Notes: a model not told the origin generated them from the letters alone. 64,000 nucleotides of DNA from Acidobacteriota bacterium (GCA_963666055.2 CAXWPH010000006.1:256001-320000); one strand, 5' to 3'; counted from the first letter of the stretch, positions 49,099-59,240 are shown. Made by a program: numbers and translations.

Positions 49099-50643
49099 TT
49101 ACGCGTGCGGTGCGATCTCGGTCATGTACCACTTGATAAATCCGGCCGGTCCCCCTTCTCGCGTGGCGTACGGTTGCCCGCCGCGGAAGTTGTAGCGACT
49201 GTTCTGGATCCCGTGCTGGTTGTTCTCGACGATCCATAGATCCTCTCGGTAGGTGACGTCCCAGAGCTCCATCATGCGCTCCACGTCCACCTCTTCATCC
49301 TTGGCGTCGCCCTTGACCAGCCAGAAGATCTCGACATCGGTCGACTGTATGTCTCGTGGGGTGAAGCGGGCAACCGCGATGTGGTCGTCGTAGGCGGCGA
49401 AGAACGACGTCGAGAAACCGGTCGTTGCGCCGCGCCGCTGATGCGTCCACTCGTCGAGGATGAGCGGCGCCACCGGCTTGCCATCGAGGCTGCCGGTGAC
49501 GAAGCCGGGTGAGAGGTGGCGGTTCATCGTGTAGCTGTTCTGGTTCGCGTTGTCCTGTTGCCGCTCCGTGTGCTCGTGGCTCACCAGTTCCTGCTCGAGG
49601 TTGGCGCGTTGCTCGGGGGTCATCACGTGCGCTTGCTGCCACCACTGGACCATCACCAACGACTTGTGCGCCGGCTCGCAGTGATAGCACTCCTGGAAGT
49701 TCTCGACCGCCAGCTTCCAGTTCGCCTTCGTCGGGTACTGCTTGCGAGCTACTACTTTCAGATTCGCGGTTCCATAGAGCTTGGAGACCCCTCGCCACCT
49801 GGCCACGAAGTCGTCGAAGCCCGCTGGTTCTTCGTCGGCCAGGCTGACGAAGATGAAGCCTTCGACCATCTGCACGTGGGCCGGGTGCAGGCCGTGCTGG
49901 TCTTGTTCGAACCCCTCCGGCATCCCGGTTGGCAGCGAGATCAGCTTGCCGTCGAGATCGTAGGTCCAGGAGTGATACGGGCAACGAAAGACCGCTGTGT
50001 TACCGCTCGGTCCCTGTTGTGCTACCGACAGCCGCGAGTCCGCCGGCTTGCCGTCGAGCGTCGCCTCGCCGGGCAGGTCCTTGTCGAAACCGTGCAGGCA
50101 GAGCCGCGATCCGCGGTGTCGACAGACGTTGTGGTAGGCCTTCACGGCACCGTCGTTGGCCCGCAGGATGATGAGACTGCCGCCACGGCCGAACTCGAAG
50201 ACGAAGTAGTCGCCCGGATTGGGAATGCGGCTGTCATGGTCGGCCATGAACCAGAACTGCTCTTGCAGGAAGCGCTCTTCGTTCAGCCAGTGCTTCTCGG
50301 CGAGGTAGTACTCGGCCGGAATCGTGGTGCCTTCTTGCCAGCCGCCCGGATAGCTGGGGGCCTCGCCGGGTGGCGACATGATCTCCTCCAGCAGCACATC
50401 GCGACCGTCAAAATCCTCGCCGCCATACGTCACTTCGGGCGGCATCGTGATCGGACCCCGAGCTGCGGATGTCGCGGCCTTTGCTGCCTCCGACGTTCCC
50501 TTCTCCGTCAGCGTTTCACCACGCAGCACCTTGGGAAGCGCCACCGCGGCCGCTCCCGCCGCAACCGATGTCTTGGCGAAGTCGCGACGGCTGACCTTCT
50601 TGCGCTCGGTGTCCTTGTTCTTCTTGCCCCCTCTCTTGCTCAT
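49099..50643 (-). CDS. Rieske non-heme iron oxygenase alpha subunit (betaine/stachydrine demethylase-like) with Tat-like N-terminus
   Basis: SRRDFAK plus h-region; CRH...CPYH; ENFQECYHCEPAH. Confidence 0.85.
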   Translation of the reverse strand: MSKRGGKKNKDTERKKVSRRDFAKTSVAAGAAAVALPKVLRGETLTEKGTSEAAKAATSAARGPITMPPEVTYGGEDFDGRDVLLEEIMSPPGEAPSYPGGWQEGTTIPAEYYLAEKHWLNEERFLQEQFWFMADHDSRIPNPGDYFVFEFGRGGSLIILRANDGAVKAYHNVCRHRGSRLCLHGFDKDLPGEATLDGKPADSRLSVAQQGPSGNTAVFRCPYHSWTYDLDGKLISLPTGMPEGFEQDQHGLHPAHVQMVEGFIFVSLADEEPAGFDDFVARWRGVSKLYGTANLKVVARKQYPTKANWKLAVENFQECYHCEPAHKSLVMVQWWQQAHVMTPEQRANLEQELVSHEHTERQQDNANQNSYTMNRHLSPGFVTGSLDGKPVAPLILDEWTHQRRGATTGFSTSFFAAYDDHIAVARFTPRDIQSTDVEIFWLVKGDAKDEEVDVERMMELWDVTYREDLWIVENNQHGIQNSRYNFRGGQPYATREGGPAGFIKWYMTEIAPHA

Positions 50644-50733
50644 GTCACCCTCCTGCGGCCCGCGGACAGGACGTCCGGATGCCTGCAATGCAAACACAAG
50701 TACGCCGCTTTTACCACGGCATTGCCAGGTTAA

Positions 50734-50774
50734 CTATTCGGCTCGTGAGATATCTATTCGGCTCGTGAGATATC
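50734..50774 (+). repeat. Perfect tandem 20-bp repeat, 2 copies
   Basis: CTATTCGGCTCGTGAGATAT twice. Confidence 0.9.
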
Positions 50775-50780
50775 GGCCCG

Positions 50781-50810
50781 TTGACAGAGGTTGCGGCGCA
50801 GTGCTAATAA
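50781..50810 (+). promoter_or_regulatory. Candidate sigma70 promoter for the TonB receptor
   Basis: TTGACA at 50781; TGcTAATAA as a weak extended -10. Confidence 0.45.
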
Positions 50811-50813
50811 CCC

Positions 50814-50851
50814 TTTGAGCATTAGCCAATTTTTTGAGCATTAGCCAATTT
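50814..50851 (+). repeat. Perfect tandem 19-bp repeat, 2 copies
   Basis: TTTGAGCATTAGCCAATTT twice. Confidence 0.9.
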
Positions 50852-50906
50852 GATGTCGGGCGACGCCGTTGCCCCCGGGTGATGAGGTTGCCCAGGAGGT
50901 GGTGGA

Positions 50907-53789
50907 ATGCGTGCCAAGCTCGTTATCCTGACTGTTGCTATGCTCCTGATCCTCCCCGCGCAGGCGATGGCGCAGGGTGAGCGGACGCAGGGGGATATCG
51001 CCGGAGTAGTTCGTGACGTGGATGGTGCGGGGCTGCCCGGCGCCACCGCCACCATCGAGGGCGACAACCTCATCCAGGAATCTCTCTCGCAGGTAAGCGA
51101 CGTCGCGGGCAACTTCCGGTTTCGTAATCTCAGGCCGGGAATGTACATCGTCACGGTCTCGCTCACCGGGTTCCAAACGATGGCCTACAACGTCCCGGTG
51201 AACGTCGGCACGGCGTCAACCGTGATTGCGGAACTGTCGCTGGCGGGGGTCGCAGAGACGGTCACAGTCGTCTCCGAGACGCCGTTGATCGACATAGAGT
51301 CAGCATCGCTTACGACGTCATACGGCGCGGATCTGCTGGAAAACGTTCCGGTGGCGCGTGAGTTCGCCAACATGACCGACTTCGCCGCTGGTTTCGCCGA
51401 CAAGGGAGCCTATGGCGCCGGCGGCAACGACTCCGAGGGCACCAGCGTGCATCGGCAAGGTGCCGCAACCAACGGCTACCGGCTCAACGGCGTTGACATC
51501 AACGAGCTGGACTGGGGTCTCACCTTTGTCAACCCGAACGTGGAGACGATCGCCGAGATCCAGATTGTCGGTGTCGGCGCCAGCGCCGAGTACAGCCACT
51601 TCACTGGCGCGATGATCAATATTGTGACCAAGGGGGGCACCAACGAGATACATGGCTCGGGCTCTTTCTACTTCCAGAACGGCTCTCTGAGAACCGACAA
51701 CTCGCGCGGCATCGTGGATCTCGAGCGCGGAAAGTTCTCCTACGACCGCGAGGTTGCCGCCTCTGTCGGTGGCCCGATTGCGCGCAACAAGCTGCTGTTC
51801 TTTGCCGGCGTCGCCCGTCAAGAAAAGCGCGATTCGATTGCCGCCGACTCGTTCTGGGAGAACGGTGGAATCGCCGTCGATGATGCCCAGCAGGGTAACG
51901 CTAGGTGGGCACTGCACGGCAAGCTGGATTTCTTGCTCAACGACACCAACACGTTCGGGTTCATGATCAACCATGATCCGGGCGGCGAGTCGAACCGCGA
52001 CCTGCGACCAGGTTCGCCGCTCGACGTCGCCATGGATACCGAGTACAACAGCACGACCGCGTTGTTCACCTGGCAATCCCAACTGGGCGACAACACCTTC
52101 ACCGATCTCCGCCTCGCATACAATACGGCGGACTTCTTGCGCATCCCGCTCGTGTGCTGCGACATCCCGGATTACTGGTTCAACAATTCGCGGAGGCTCA
52201 CCCGTGGCTTCGTGGAGGACGAGGACAACGCCTCGAAAAATGTCACGGCAACGGTGACCCAGTACGTCGACGACTTCCTGGGCGCGGCGCATGACGTCAA
52301 GGTCGGTATCGACTACAACGACCTTTGGTCCACCTGGATTGCTAAGATTACCGGTAGAGGGGCCATGTATGCCTATAGCTCCGGTAACGTATATGGGCGT
52401 ATCTCCAACCGTGGCCTCGAGGCCCGAATGCTACGCCACTCGGCCTTTATCCAGGATAACGCTACCGCTAGCGACAACCTCACCCTCAACCTCGGGCTGC
52501 GCTTTGACCGGACGACCGGTTACGACATGAAGGGTGGGGTGGTTGGGGCTCAGGTAGACAGGTACGACAACTTGGCGCCACGCCTTGGTTTCACCTTGGA
52601 TGTGAGCGGTGATGGCCGTGCCGTGTTCCATGGCAGCTGGGGACGCTACTTCGAGAAGATCTCCATCGGACACGTCTCGAGAGCCACCGGCGGCGCGTTC
52701 ACGGACCCATACGAACCCAACCAGAGGTTCTTCTTCGCAATACCTGACGGGTTTTTCCCTGCCGACTACGACCCCCTCAACCCGACCGACGCGCAAGTGA
52801 TAGCGCTGCAAGACGAACTCTTCCAACTCGAAAACCGGACTTCGTTCAACGCCGATATCTTTCCGATCACCCCCGGCACCCAGTCGACGCACACGGATGT
52901 CTTCAATTTGGGAGTCGAGTATGAATTAGTCAGGGACTGGGTCGTGGGTCTCGACTACATCCGCAAAGATGACAGCAACATGTTCATCTACAACGACATC
53001 ATTGACCATGTGTATACGCCCTTCGAATACACCAGCCCGGTGGTGCCCGGATTCCTCGATACGCCGACGACGCAGACGCTCTACTCGAAAGACAGCGGCT
53101 TTTTTTCGAACGTCTTCGATAACAGCGACTACTATGCGCGGTGGCACAACATCGTGACGCTGTCGCTGGACCGACGGCGAACGGGTTCCGGCCTCAACTT
53201 CAGCACCTCGCTCACCTACCAGAACAACGAGGGAAGGATAGACAATGGCGACGGCCAGACCATCTGGGGTAGGGGCTTCGACGAAGAAGACAACCCGAAC
53301 TTCAACGGCCACCCCTTCTCCGAGTCGGGTCCGTTGCGCTTCAGCAGAACGTGGAGCTGGAAGATACTGGGCAACTACAGGCTGCCCGGAGACATCCTCG
53401 TGGGTACGTACTGGAACTGGGCGTCGGGTCGGCCGTGGAACCTCAAGGTCAGGCACGGATCCAGGGGGATTCCCGAATTGCTCAACGCCGCCTACGGCAG
53501 CACAAACATCGAGGCGCGCGGTAGCAGGCGGTGGGATTCGCATAAGCAGCTCGATCTGCGGCTCTCGAAGTCCTTTAATTTTGGGAATGGCCGGCTCGAG
53601 TTGATGGTCGACGGGTTCAACATGCTCAACAACTTCTCCCCGACCAGCGTCAGAGATCGAATCGACCGAACGTTCAGCCTTCAGCGCGACGCCGAAGGCA
53701 ACAGACTCTCCAACGTCGGGCTGCCCCGGGACTCTTCAAGACTGCTGCCCGGACGGCAGCTTCGGTTCGGGGTACGACTTTCCTTCTGA
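50907..53789 (+). CDS. TonB-dependent receptor (Oar-like, N-terminal carboxypeptidase-regulatory-like domain)
   Basis: Signal peptide, LPGATATI, INIVTKGGTN, LTLNLGLRFD, terminal RLSF. Confidence 0.92.
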   Translation: MRAKLVILTVAMLLILPAQAMAQGERTQGDIAGVVRDVDGAGLPGATATIEGDNLIQESLSQVSDVAGNFRFRNLRPGMYIVTVSLTGFQTMAYNVPVNVGTASTVIAELSLAGVAETVTVVSETPLIDIESASLTTSYGADLLENVPVAREFANMTDFAAGFADKGAYGAGGNDSEGTSVHRQGAATNGYRLNGVDINELDWGLTFVNPNVETIAEIQIVGVGASAEYSHFTGAMINIVTKGGTNEIHGSGSFYFQNGSLRTDNSRGIVDLERGKFSYDREVAASVGGPIARNKLLFFAGVARQEKRDSIAADSFWENGGIAVDDAQQGNARWALHGKLDFLLNDTNTFGFMINHDPGGESNRDLRPGSPLDVAMDTEYNSTTALFTWQSQLGDNTFTDLRLAYNTADFLRIPLVCCDIPDYWFNNSRRLTRGFVEDEDNASKNVTATVTQYVDDFLGAAHDVKVGIDYNDLWSTWIAKITGRGAMYAYSSGNVYGRISNRGLEARMLRHSAFIQDNATASDNLTLNLGLRFDRTTGYDMKGGVVGAQVDRYDNLAPRLGFTLDVSGDGRAVFHGSWGRYFEKISIGHVSRATGGAFTDPYEPNQRFFFAIPDGFFPADYDPLNPTDAQVIALQDELFQLENRTSFNADIFPITPGTQSTHTDVFNLGVEYELVRDWVVGLDYIRKDDSNMFIYNDIIDHVYTPFEYTSPVVPGFLDTPTTQTLYSKDSGFFSNVFDNSDYYARWHNIVTLSLDRRRTGSGLNFSTSLTYQNNEGRIDNGDGQTIWGRGFDEEDNPNFNGHPFSESGPLRFSRTWSWKILGNYRLPGDILVGTYWNWASGRPWNLKVRHGSRGIPELLNAAYGSTNIEARGSRRWDSHKQLDLRLSKSFNFGNGRLELMVDGFNMLNNFSPTSVRDRIDRTFSLQRDAEGNRLSNVGLPRDSSRLLPGRQLRFGVRLSF

Positions 53790-53930
53790 TTGGCTGACAC
53801 GCAACGACAGAGTGGAGTGCGGTGATCCAGGGCCGGGAGCCGGCCCTGCGGATCGACGATGACCTCGAGGGCCATCGCTGACTGAGCCGCACCCTGCTGG
53901 TGCTGTCGTTCGATCTGCTGGCGCAGCTCG

Positions 53931-54344
53931 TCAGTGCTGTCTCTCGATCCGCTGGCGCAGCTCGTCGATGCGCTGTGCATCCCCCGCCCGGCCCAGCGCA
54001 CGGTAGGCGGCGGCGAGAACCTCGTACGTCTCCGCACGCTCCGGCTGCAGCTCGCGCGCTCGCTCCAGTGCCGTGATCGCACCTTCGTGCTGGCCGAGTG
54101 CTGCCCTGCACAGGCCGATGTTGAAGTGGATCAATGCGTCGTCGGGCGCCACCAAGACCGCGGTCTCGAAGAGCTCCAGCGCCTCGGCCGGATGGTCTCG
54201 GCGGAAGTAGTAGAGCCCCTGCGCGTTCAGCATGCCGATCTGCATGGCGCGATTCTGCTGGAGCTCGCGCTGGCGTTCGGCCCTGGTCATCTCCTGGAAG
54301 CGCTGCATCAGCCGTTGGGCCTGTTCCCGCTGACCTTCCTCAGT
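53931..54344 (-). pseudogene. C-terminal fragment of a TPR protein
   Basis: TPR repeats; the frame is open upstream of the listed Met; a tandem duplication creates the stop. Confidence 0.6.
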
Positions 54345-54862
54345 GGACGGTTACGTTGTTCCTGGCGTTTTGCCAGCTTCAGTCGCTGCTCGCCCCCATG
54401 GCTTGCCTCCCTCGTTCACTCGCCAGCGCGTTTCTTGCTTAGTTCCGACCTCAGCCGACCCCCGTCCTCTGTCGCCTCTAACCGGATACGGACTCGGCCT
54501 TCCTTGTCGCGCAGTTCTTGTATGCCATCGCTTTTGGTAGCCGTTCTCTTTGCCATCCTTACGCGACTCCCTCCTGGGGTCGTGGGGGCCGACGGCTGAT
54601 TGTCTTCCAGGACCTATTAGCCACACGGCCCCCTTCTTATGTCTCGGTGACACCGTCCGCCACCCTGGGGCGCTGATCAGAAGCGACCGAATAGCCAGCG
54701 AGGCTGCGGTGGCTGCGACGCGTCCCGGCGGGCAAGCGGTGGGTAGTGATGAGCGCAGACTCATTTCATTCCCGAACCAGCGACCGGCGATCTATATTGG
54801 CCGAGACTGATCGACCATGATGCCTACCACCTACCGAGTCCCCGAGTGAGAGGCCGCCGCGC

Positions 54863-55192
54863 ATGAGCAAGCCGGGATTCGTCGACGGACGGCACTACGC
54901 GACCTACGTGGTGGAGGTTCGTCGCCTCAAGCGGGTGGGCGACCTCGATGGCGCGAAGGAGCTTCTCCTGCGCCTAGTGGACGCCACAGAGGCCGAGGCA
55001 TCCGCCCGAGGCGAAAGCTGGGTTGCTCTGTGGTACTACGAGCAGCTTGCGATCATCTACCGGAAGAAGAAGCAGCCAGCCGACGAGCTCGCGATCCTCG
55101 AGCGGTACGAACGACAAGCGAAAGCCCCTGGGACCGTTCCAGAGAGGCTGGCTAATCGCCTGGCCGGCCTGCGACCCAAGGCGAACCAATGA
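54863..55192 (+). CDS. Small TPR-like helical protein, copy 2
   Basis: Paralog of 17426-17758. Confidence 0.75.
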   Translation: MSKPGFVDGRHYATYVVEVRRLKRVGDLDGAKELLLRLVDATEAEASARGESWVALWYYEQLAIIYRKKKQPADELAILERYERQAKAPGTVPERLANRLAGLRPKANQ

Positions 55193-55401
55193 AAGGCCGC
55201 CGCAGCACCCTAAAGATGGACCTTATGTCAGGACAGGTCAGCTATCGCTGCAAGTGCAGGCGCATCGTCCGGGTTCACGCCTCGGACCTAGCTGCCGGCT
55301 TGGTCGACTACTGCGGCTGCGGTCGGCTGCGAATCGACCTCAGTCAGTCTGAGGTCAAACAGCACCGCCAGATGGCCGGTCTCCCGGAGCTCGAGGAATA
55401 G
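55189..55401 (+). CDS. Small Cys-rich protein (CxC...CGCG), copy 2
   Basis: Paralog of 17217-17429; ATGA overlap. Confidence 0.7.
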   Translation: MKGRRSTLKMDLMSGQVSYRCKCRRIVRVHASDLAAGLVDYCGCGRLRIDLSQSEVKQHRQMAGLPELEE

Positions 55402-55470
55402 GCTGTGAAGACTCCAGGCTTTCGGCGCCCTGCCGCATGTGCCGTGCGGGAATGCTCAGGTTCGCGGCGG

Positions 55471-55652
55471 CTACTTCTTCCGTCGCCCGCCCCTCTTCTT
55501 GCGGTCGTGCGTCCGTGTCGACGCCGCGACCCTCCGCTGTGCCTTTGTGCTCTTCGGGCGACGCTCCGCTGTGCCTTCGTGTTCTTCGGACCGCGCAAGA
55601 TCCTGCCGGCTTTCGACGCCACCTTCCTCGATGTTCTCTTGTTCTTCGCCAA
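55471..55652 (-). pseudogene. Small basic protein disrupted by a 32-bp tandem duplication
   Basis: MAKNKRTSRKVASKAGRILRGPKNTKAQRSVA / PKSTKAQRRVAASTRTHDRKKR. Confidence 0.4.
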
Positions 55653-56046
55653 CTTGCATCCCGTCGTCTTGCATGCTCGGAACGCCCCTCCTCAATTCTA
55701 CCAGCGGTCACTTGGCCCGCGACTTGCCAAATTGTCCCGTTTACGCAGTGCCGGCAGGCGCCCGAAGCCTAGCGAGGCTTGGCGGGCGCACGGTGCTCGC
55801 GGTGTTCAGAGTTCACCGGTGGAACAGAGACTTTGATGACTGAGATCGACACCTATCACCTCCCTAACACCAGACCTTGCCGGCCGAGCCGCAGCCTCCG
55901 GCGTGGTTGTTCTCGCACCAACCAGATATCCTCCAGGAGCGTGACGAGCCATGTCTCCTTCAGCCTCTCCGCGTCGTAATCCACGCCTCGCTTCGCATCC
56001 GGGTGCACTCGGGGTCGGTGGGAGGCTCGGTATCGGGGGACTCTCG

Positions 56047-56085
56047 CGTTGGATCTAGTCCGCTCTGGCGATAGGCTTCAGGCGC
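56047..56085 (+). promoter_or_regulatory. Kinase-type promoter module, copy 7 (no clear downstream gene)
   Basis: TTGGAT(56049)-17 bp-TAGGCT(56072)-TCAGGCGC. Confidence 0.65.
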
Positions 56086-56230
56086 ACAGACCCAGTCGCC
56101 TCAAGCTCTTGGGTCGATGGGCGTCAGGACTCCGAGCGCCTCTTCGATCGCTTCGGCCGAGTCGAGACAGAGGTCCTCGCGAAACATCGGGCCAATCACC
56201 TGGACGCCCTGAGGCAAACCGTTCGCCACG

Positions 56231-56262
56231 GCTCATATGCGCGCACTCCGGGTGCACTCGGG
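56231..56262 (+). repeat. 32-bp direct repeat (other copy 59163-59194; 16-bp core also at 55998-56013)
   Basis: GCTCAT(A/G)TGCGCGCACTCCGGGTGCACTCGGG, one mismatch. Confidence 0.9.
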
Positions 56263-56328
56263 TTGTGGGCTGGCAGGGAAACGGGGGCCGGGGCGATCCT
56301 CTTCGGCGCAGAGTTCGATGGACGTCGC

Positions 56329-56787
56329 CTACGGACGATGGAGCTCGGTGGCCACTCGCTCGATGGCGCGGATCACCCGCGGATAGGTTCCACAGCGGCA
56401 GATGTTTCTCATGTGGGTAACGATATCTTCGCGGCTGGGGTTCTCATTCTTCTTCAACAAATCAGCCGCGTTCATGATCATCCCCGGCTGACAGTAGCCG
56501 CACTGGGGCACTTGCTCCTCGACCCATGCCCCCAGGAGAGCATGCTGAGTGGCCGCGAGGCCCTCGATCGTCGTGATCTCCTGGTCCGCTGCATCACTGA
56601 TCGGTGTCTGGCAGCTCAGAGCTCGTTCGCCGTTGAGGTGGACCGTGCAGGCCATGCACATCCCGATCCCGCATCCAAACTTCGTGCCCGTCAACCCGAT
56701 GTGTTCACGTAGGACCCAGAGAAGGGGAGTGTTGGAAGCGGCCTCAACGGTTTTCTCGTTGCCATTGACCATGAGGGTGAACCGCAT
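56329..56787 (-). CDS. iorA: (2Fe-2S) small subunit, isoquinoline 1-oxidoreductase alpha-like
   Basis: GTKFGCGIGMCMACTV, QCGYCQPG, NICRCGTY. Confidence 0.88.
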   Translation of the reverse strand: MRFTLMVNGNEKTVEAASNTPLLWVLREHIGLTGTKFGCGIGMCMACTVHLNGERALSCQTPISDAADQEITTIEGLAATQHALLGAWVEEQVPQCGYCQPGMIMNAADLLKKNENPSREDIVTHMRNICRCGTYPRVIRAIERVATELHRP

Positions 56788-56802
56788 CGAAACCTCCGCC
56801 CG

Positions 56803-59022
56803 CTACGCCAACGCCTGCAAGACGTGTTCGGGAATCATGGGCATGTGTCGCAATCTTCGACCGGTCAGACGGGCAAAGGCGCTGGCCACTGCAGGTGCCA
56901 CCCCGAGGCCGGCGCGGTCTCCGACCCCGGTCGGCGATCTCTCCGATCGAGCGACCCGGACGTGGATCTGCGGCGTATCTTCCATTGTGATCACCGGATA
57001 GTCGTGGAAGTTGGACTGCTGTACACGCCCATCCTTGAAAGAGATCCGCTCCGTCAAGGCGTTGCTCAGCGCATACACCACACAGCTCTCTACCTGGCCG
57101 ACGACGTTGAGTGGCTGCACCGGGATACCGACATCGACGGCGACCCAGATGTTGGGAACACGGATCCATCCGCTGTCGCGATCGACTGATACCTCCGCGA
57201 CGGTTGCCATCAGGCATCCGAAAGAGGACACGTAGGAGACACCGAGCGCGCGGTCGCCGGAATCAGTCCACTTCGCCATCTCGGCAACGGTTTTCAGCAC
57301 GCTTCGCGCCAGTGGCTCGTCCAAATGAGCCAGGCGAAACTCGATCGGATCCAGACCCCTGTCGGCCGCGATCTCGTCGATAAACGACTCGGCCGCGAAC
57401 TCGTTGAGCAGCGTGCTGACACCTCGCATCCAGCCGAGCCGCACCGGTAGGGCTCGGTTTTCGGTTTGTCTTCGTCGGTGTCCGAAATCATAGCGGCCCA
57501 AGCCTCTATTGCGGCTGAAGATCGTTGCATTCAAGGTCTCCGGGCCGAGCCGTGACCGCAGCTCCCTGATGTAAGTGTCGGCTTGTGCCTGGACATTGTC
57601 CGATACGCTCCGGTGTTCCCAGGCCGTGACTCGATCCCGGGCGTCCACACCGGCCTGCAGATAGTGTGCGCTGCTGGGCTTGAAGTGCCCGTAGCGCACA
57701 TCGTCCTCGCGGCTCCAGACGAGTTTGACTGGCTTGCCTACCTCGCGAGACAGCAACAGGGCGTCAACGACGTATTCGTGCCTGATGTCGGATCTTCGAC
57801 CGAACCCGCCACCGAGATACATTCTGTGGAGCGTGATGTTCTCGATGGGGATCTCCAGCGTCTTGGCGGCAACGCGAAGCAAGTAAGTCGGCGTTTGTGA
57901 TCCGGCCCAGATCTCGGCTCGTTGGCCATCCTCCTTGACCCAAGCCACCGCGTTCAACGGTTCCATCTGGGCTTGATAGACGAACTCGGTACTGTATTCG
58001 GATAGGTAACGGTGGGGCGCAGCAGCGAGGGCGCTCTCCACCTCTCGGTCCTCTTGGCTGGCACCATCGCGGCTCAACTCCCGGGCCCGGCGAGCCTGCG
58101 CCGCGAGCTCGGCGTCGCTGTCGAAGGTCGAGCCCTCTACCTGCTGCCACTCGACCTCGATTTCGCCCGAGGCGGCCAGCGCCCCTTCGATGGTCTCGCT
58201 GACCACACCGACCCCGTAGGGGAGCCTGACGACCTCTAGGACACCGGGTATCTTGCGCGCCTCGCCCTCCGAGACCTGCTCCGGTAGAGCGCCTCTGACG
58301 GGCGACCGCAGCACCGTCGCGTAGAGCATTCCCGGCAATCGCACATCGATGCTGTATTGCGCCGTTCCGTCCACCTTGTCCGGGATGTCCGCTCGAGGAA
58401 TGTCATGGCCGATGAGCCGGAACTCGGCCGGATCTTTGAGGTCGCCCGGCTCGATGTCAGGTGGATTCGAGGGCATGGTCGTGAATCCGGCCACCTCGCC
58501 ATAGGTCAGCCTGCGGCCGGTCCGCTCATGCACGACAACGCTGGGCTCGGTGGCAAGCTCCTCCACCGGCACGCCCCAGCTGGCTGCAGCGCTGTTGAGC
58601 AGCACCCGACGTGCCTGCGCTCCATGCAATCGCAAGGTGTCGTAGTACCCCGCGAGCGTGGCGCTTGCCCCGGTCCGCATGATGCCCATGTATCCAGGAT
58701 TTCCATACAGCTCGTCGTCGGAGGGCGACAACTCGATCCGTACGTCGCTCCAGTCCGCATCGAGCTCCTCGGCAACGATGATCGGCAGCGCCGTCATCGT
58801 TCCCTGCCCCATCTCGACCGCCGGGTTGACGATGGTGATGATTCCATCCGGCGCGATGTTGACCCAGATGTTGGGCGTCAACGTCTCGCTCGCTGTCGAC
58901 GGCGAGGCGGCGCCATCCCGAGGAGGCAGGCTGACGACAAATCCGAACGTCAACCCCGCCGCTTGCAGGAACCCTCGCCGGCTGATCCGTGGATCCGTGT
59001 GAACATCAGATGAACTGCTCAT
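56803..59022 (-). CDS. iorB: Molybdopterin large subunit, isoquinoline 1-oxidoreductase beta-like, Tat signal
   Basis: SRRGFLQ, EMGQG, AEELD, QMEP, LGGGFGRR, WMRGV. Confidence 0.88.
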   Translation of the reverse strand: MSSSSDVHTDPRISRRGFLQAAGLTFGFVVSLPPRDGAASPSTASETLTPNIWVNIAPDGIITIVNPAVEMGQGTMTALPIIVAEELDADWSDVRIELSPSDDELYGNPGYMGIMRTGASATLAGYYDTLRLHGAQARRVLLNSAAASWGVPVEELATEPSVVVHERTGRRLTYGEVAGFTTMPSNPPDIEPGDLKDPAEFRLIGHDIPRADIPDKVDGTAQYSIDVRLPGMLYATVLRSPVRGALPEQVSEGEARKIPGVLEVVRLPYGVGVVSETIEGALAASGEIEVEWQQVEGSTFDSDAELAAQARRARELSRDGASQEDREVESALAAAPHRYLSEYSTEFVYQAQMEPLNAVAWVKEDGQRAEIWAGSQTPTYLLRVAAKTLEIPIENITLHRMYLGGGFGRRSDIRHEYVVDALLLSREVGKPVKLVWSREDDVRYGHFKPSSAHYLQAGVDARDRVTAWEHRSVSDNVQAQADTYIRELRSRLGPETLNATIFSRNRGLGRYDFGHRRRQTENRALPVRLGWMRGVSTLLNEFAAESFIDEIAADRGLDPIEFRLAHLDEPLARSVLKTVAEMAKWTDSGDRALGVSYVSSFGCLMATVAEVSVDRDSGWIRVPNIWVAVDVGIPVQPLNVVGQVESCVVYALSNALTERISFKDGRVQQSNFHDYPVITMEDTPQIHVRVARSERSPTGVGDRAGLGVAPAVASAFARLTGRRLRHMPMIPEHVLQALA

Positions 59023-59162
59023 GACGGCACGCTCCGTTTCGCTTCCGCGAGCGTCGTGGCTCCTATTGCCGGATTGTAATGGACGAGTGCCTTGAGGACC
59101 ACGAATCCACCGCAGAAGGCTAGCGCCGGATCTACGGTGAGCGCTGGTGAGCGTGCATAGAC

Positions 59163-59194
59163 GCTCATGTGCGCGCACTCCGGGTGCACTCGGG
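59163..59194 (+). repeat. 32-bp direct repeat, right copy
   Basis: Matches 56231-56262 at 31 of 32 positions. Confidence 0.9.
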
Positions 59195-59240
59195 ATATTG
59201 CGTGGCTCGGAATCCGGGACGGGCACTAGCGGGCTCGTAC

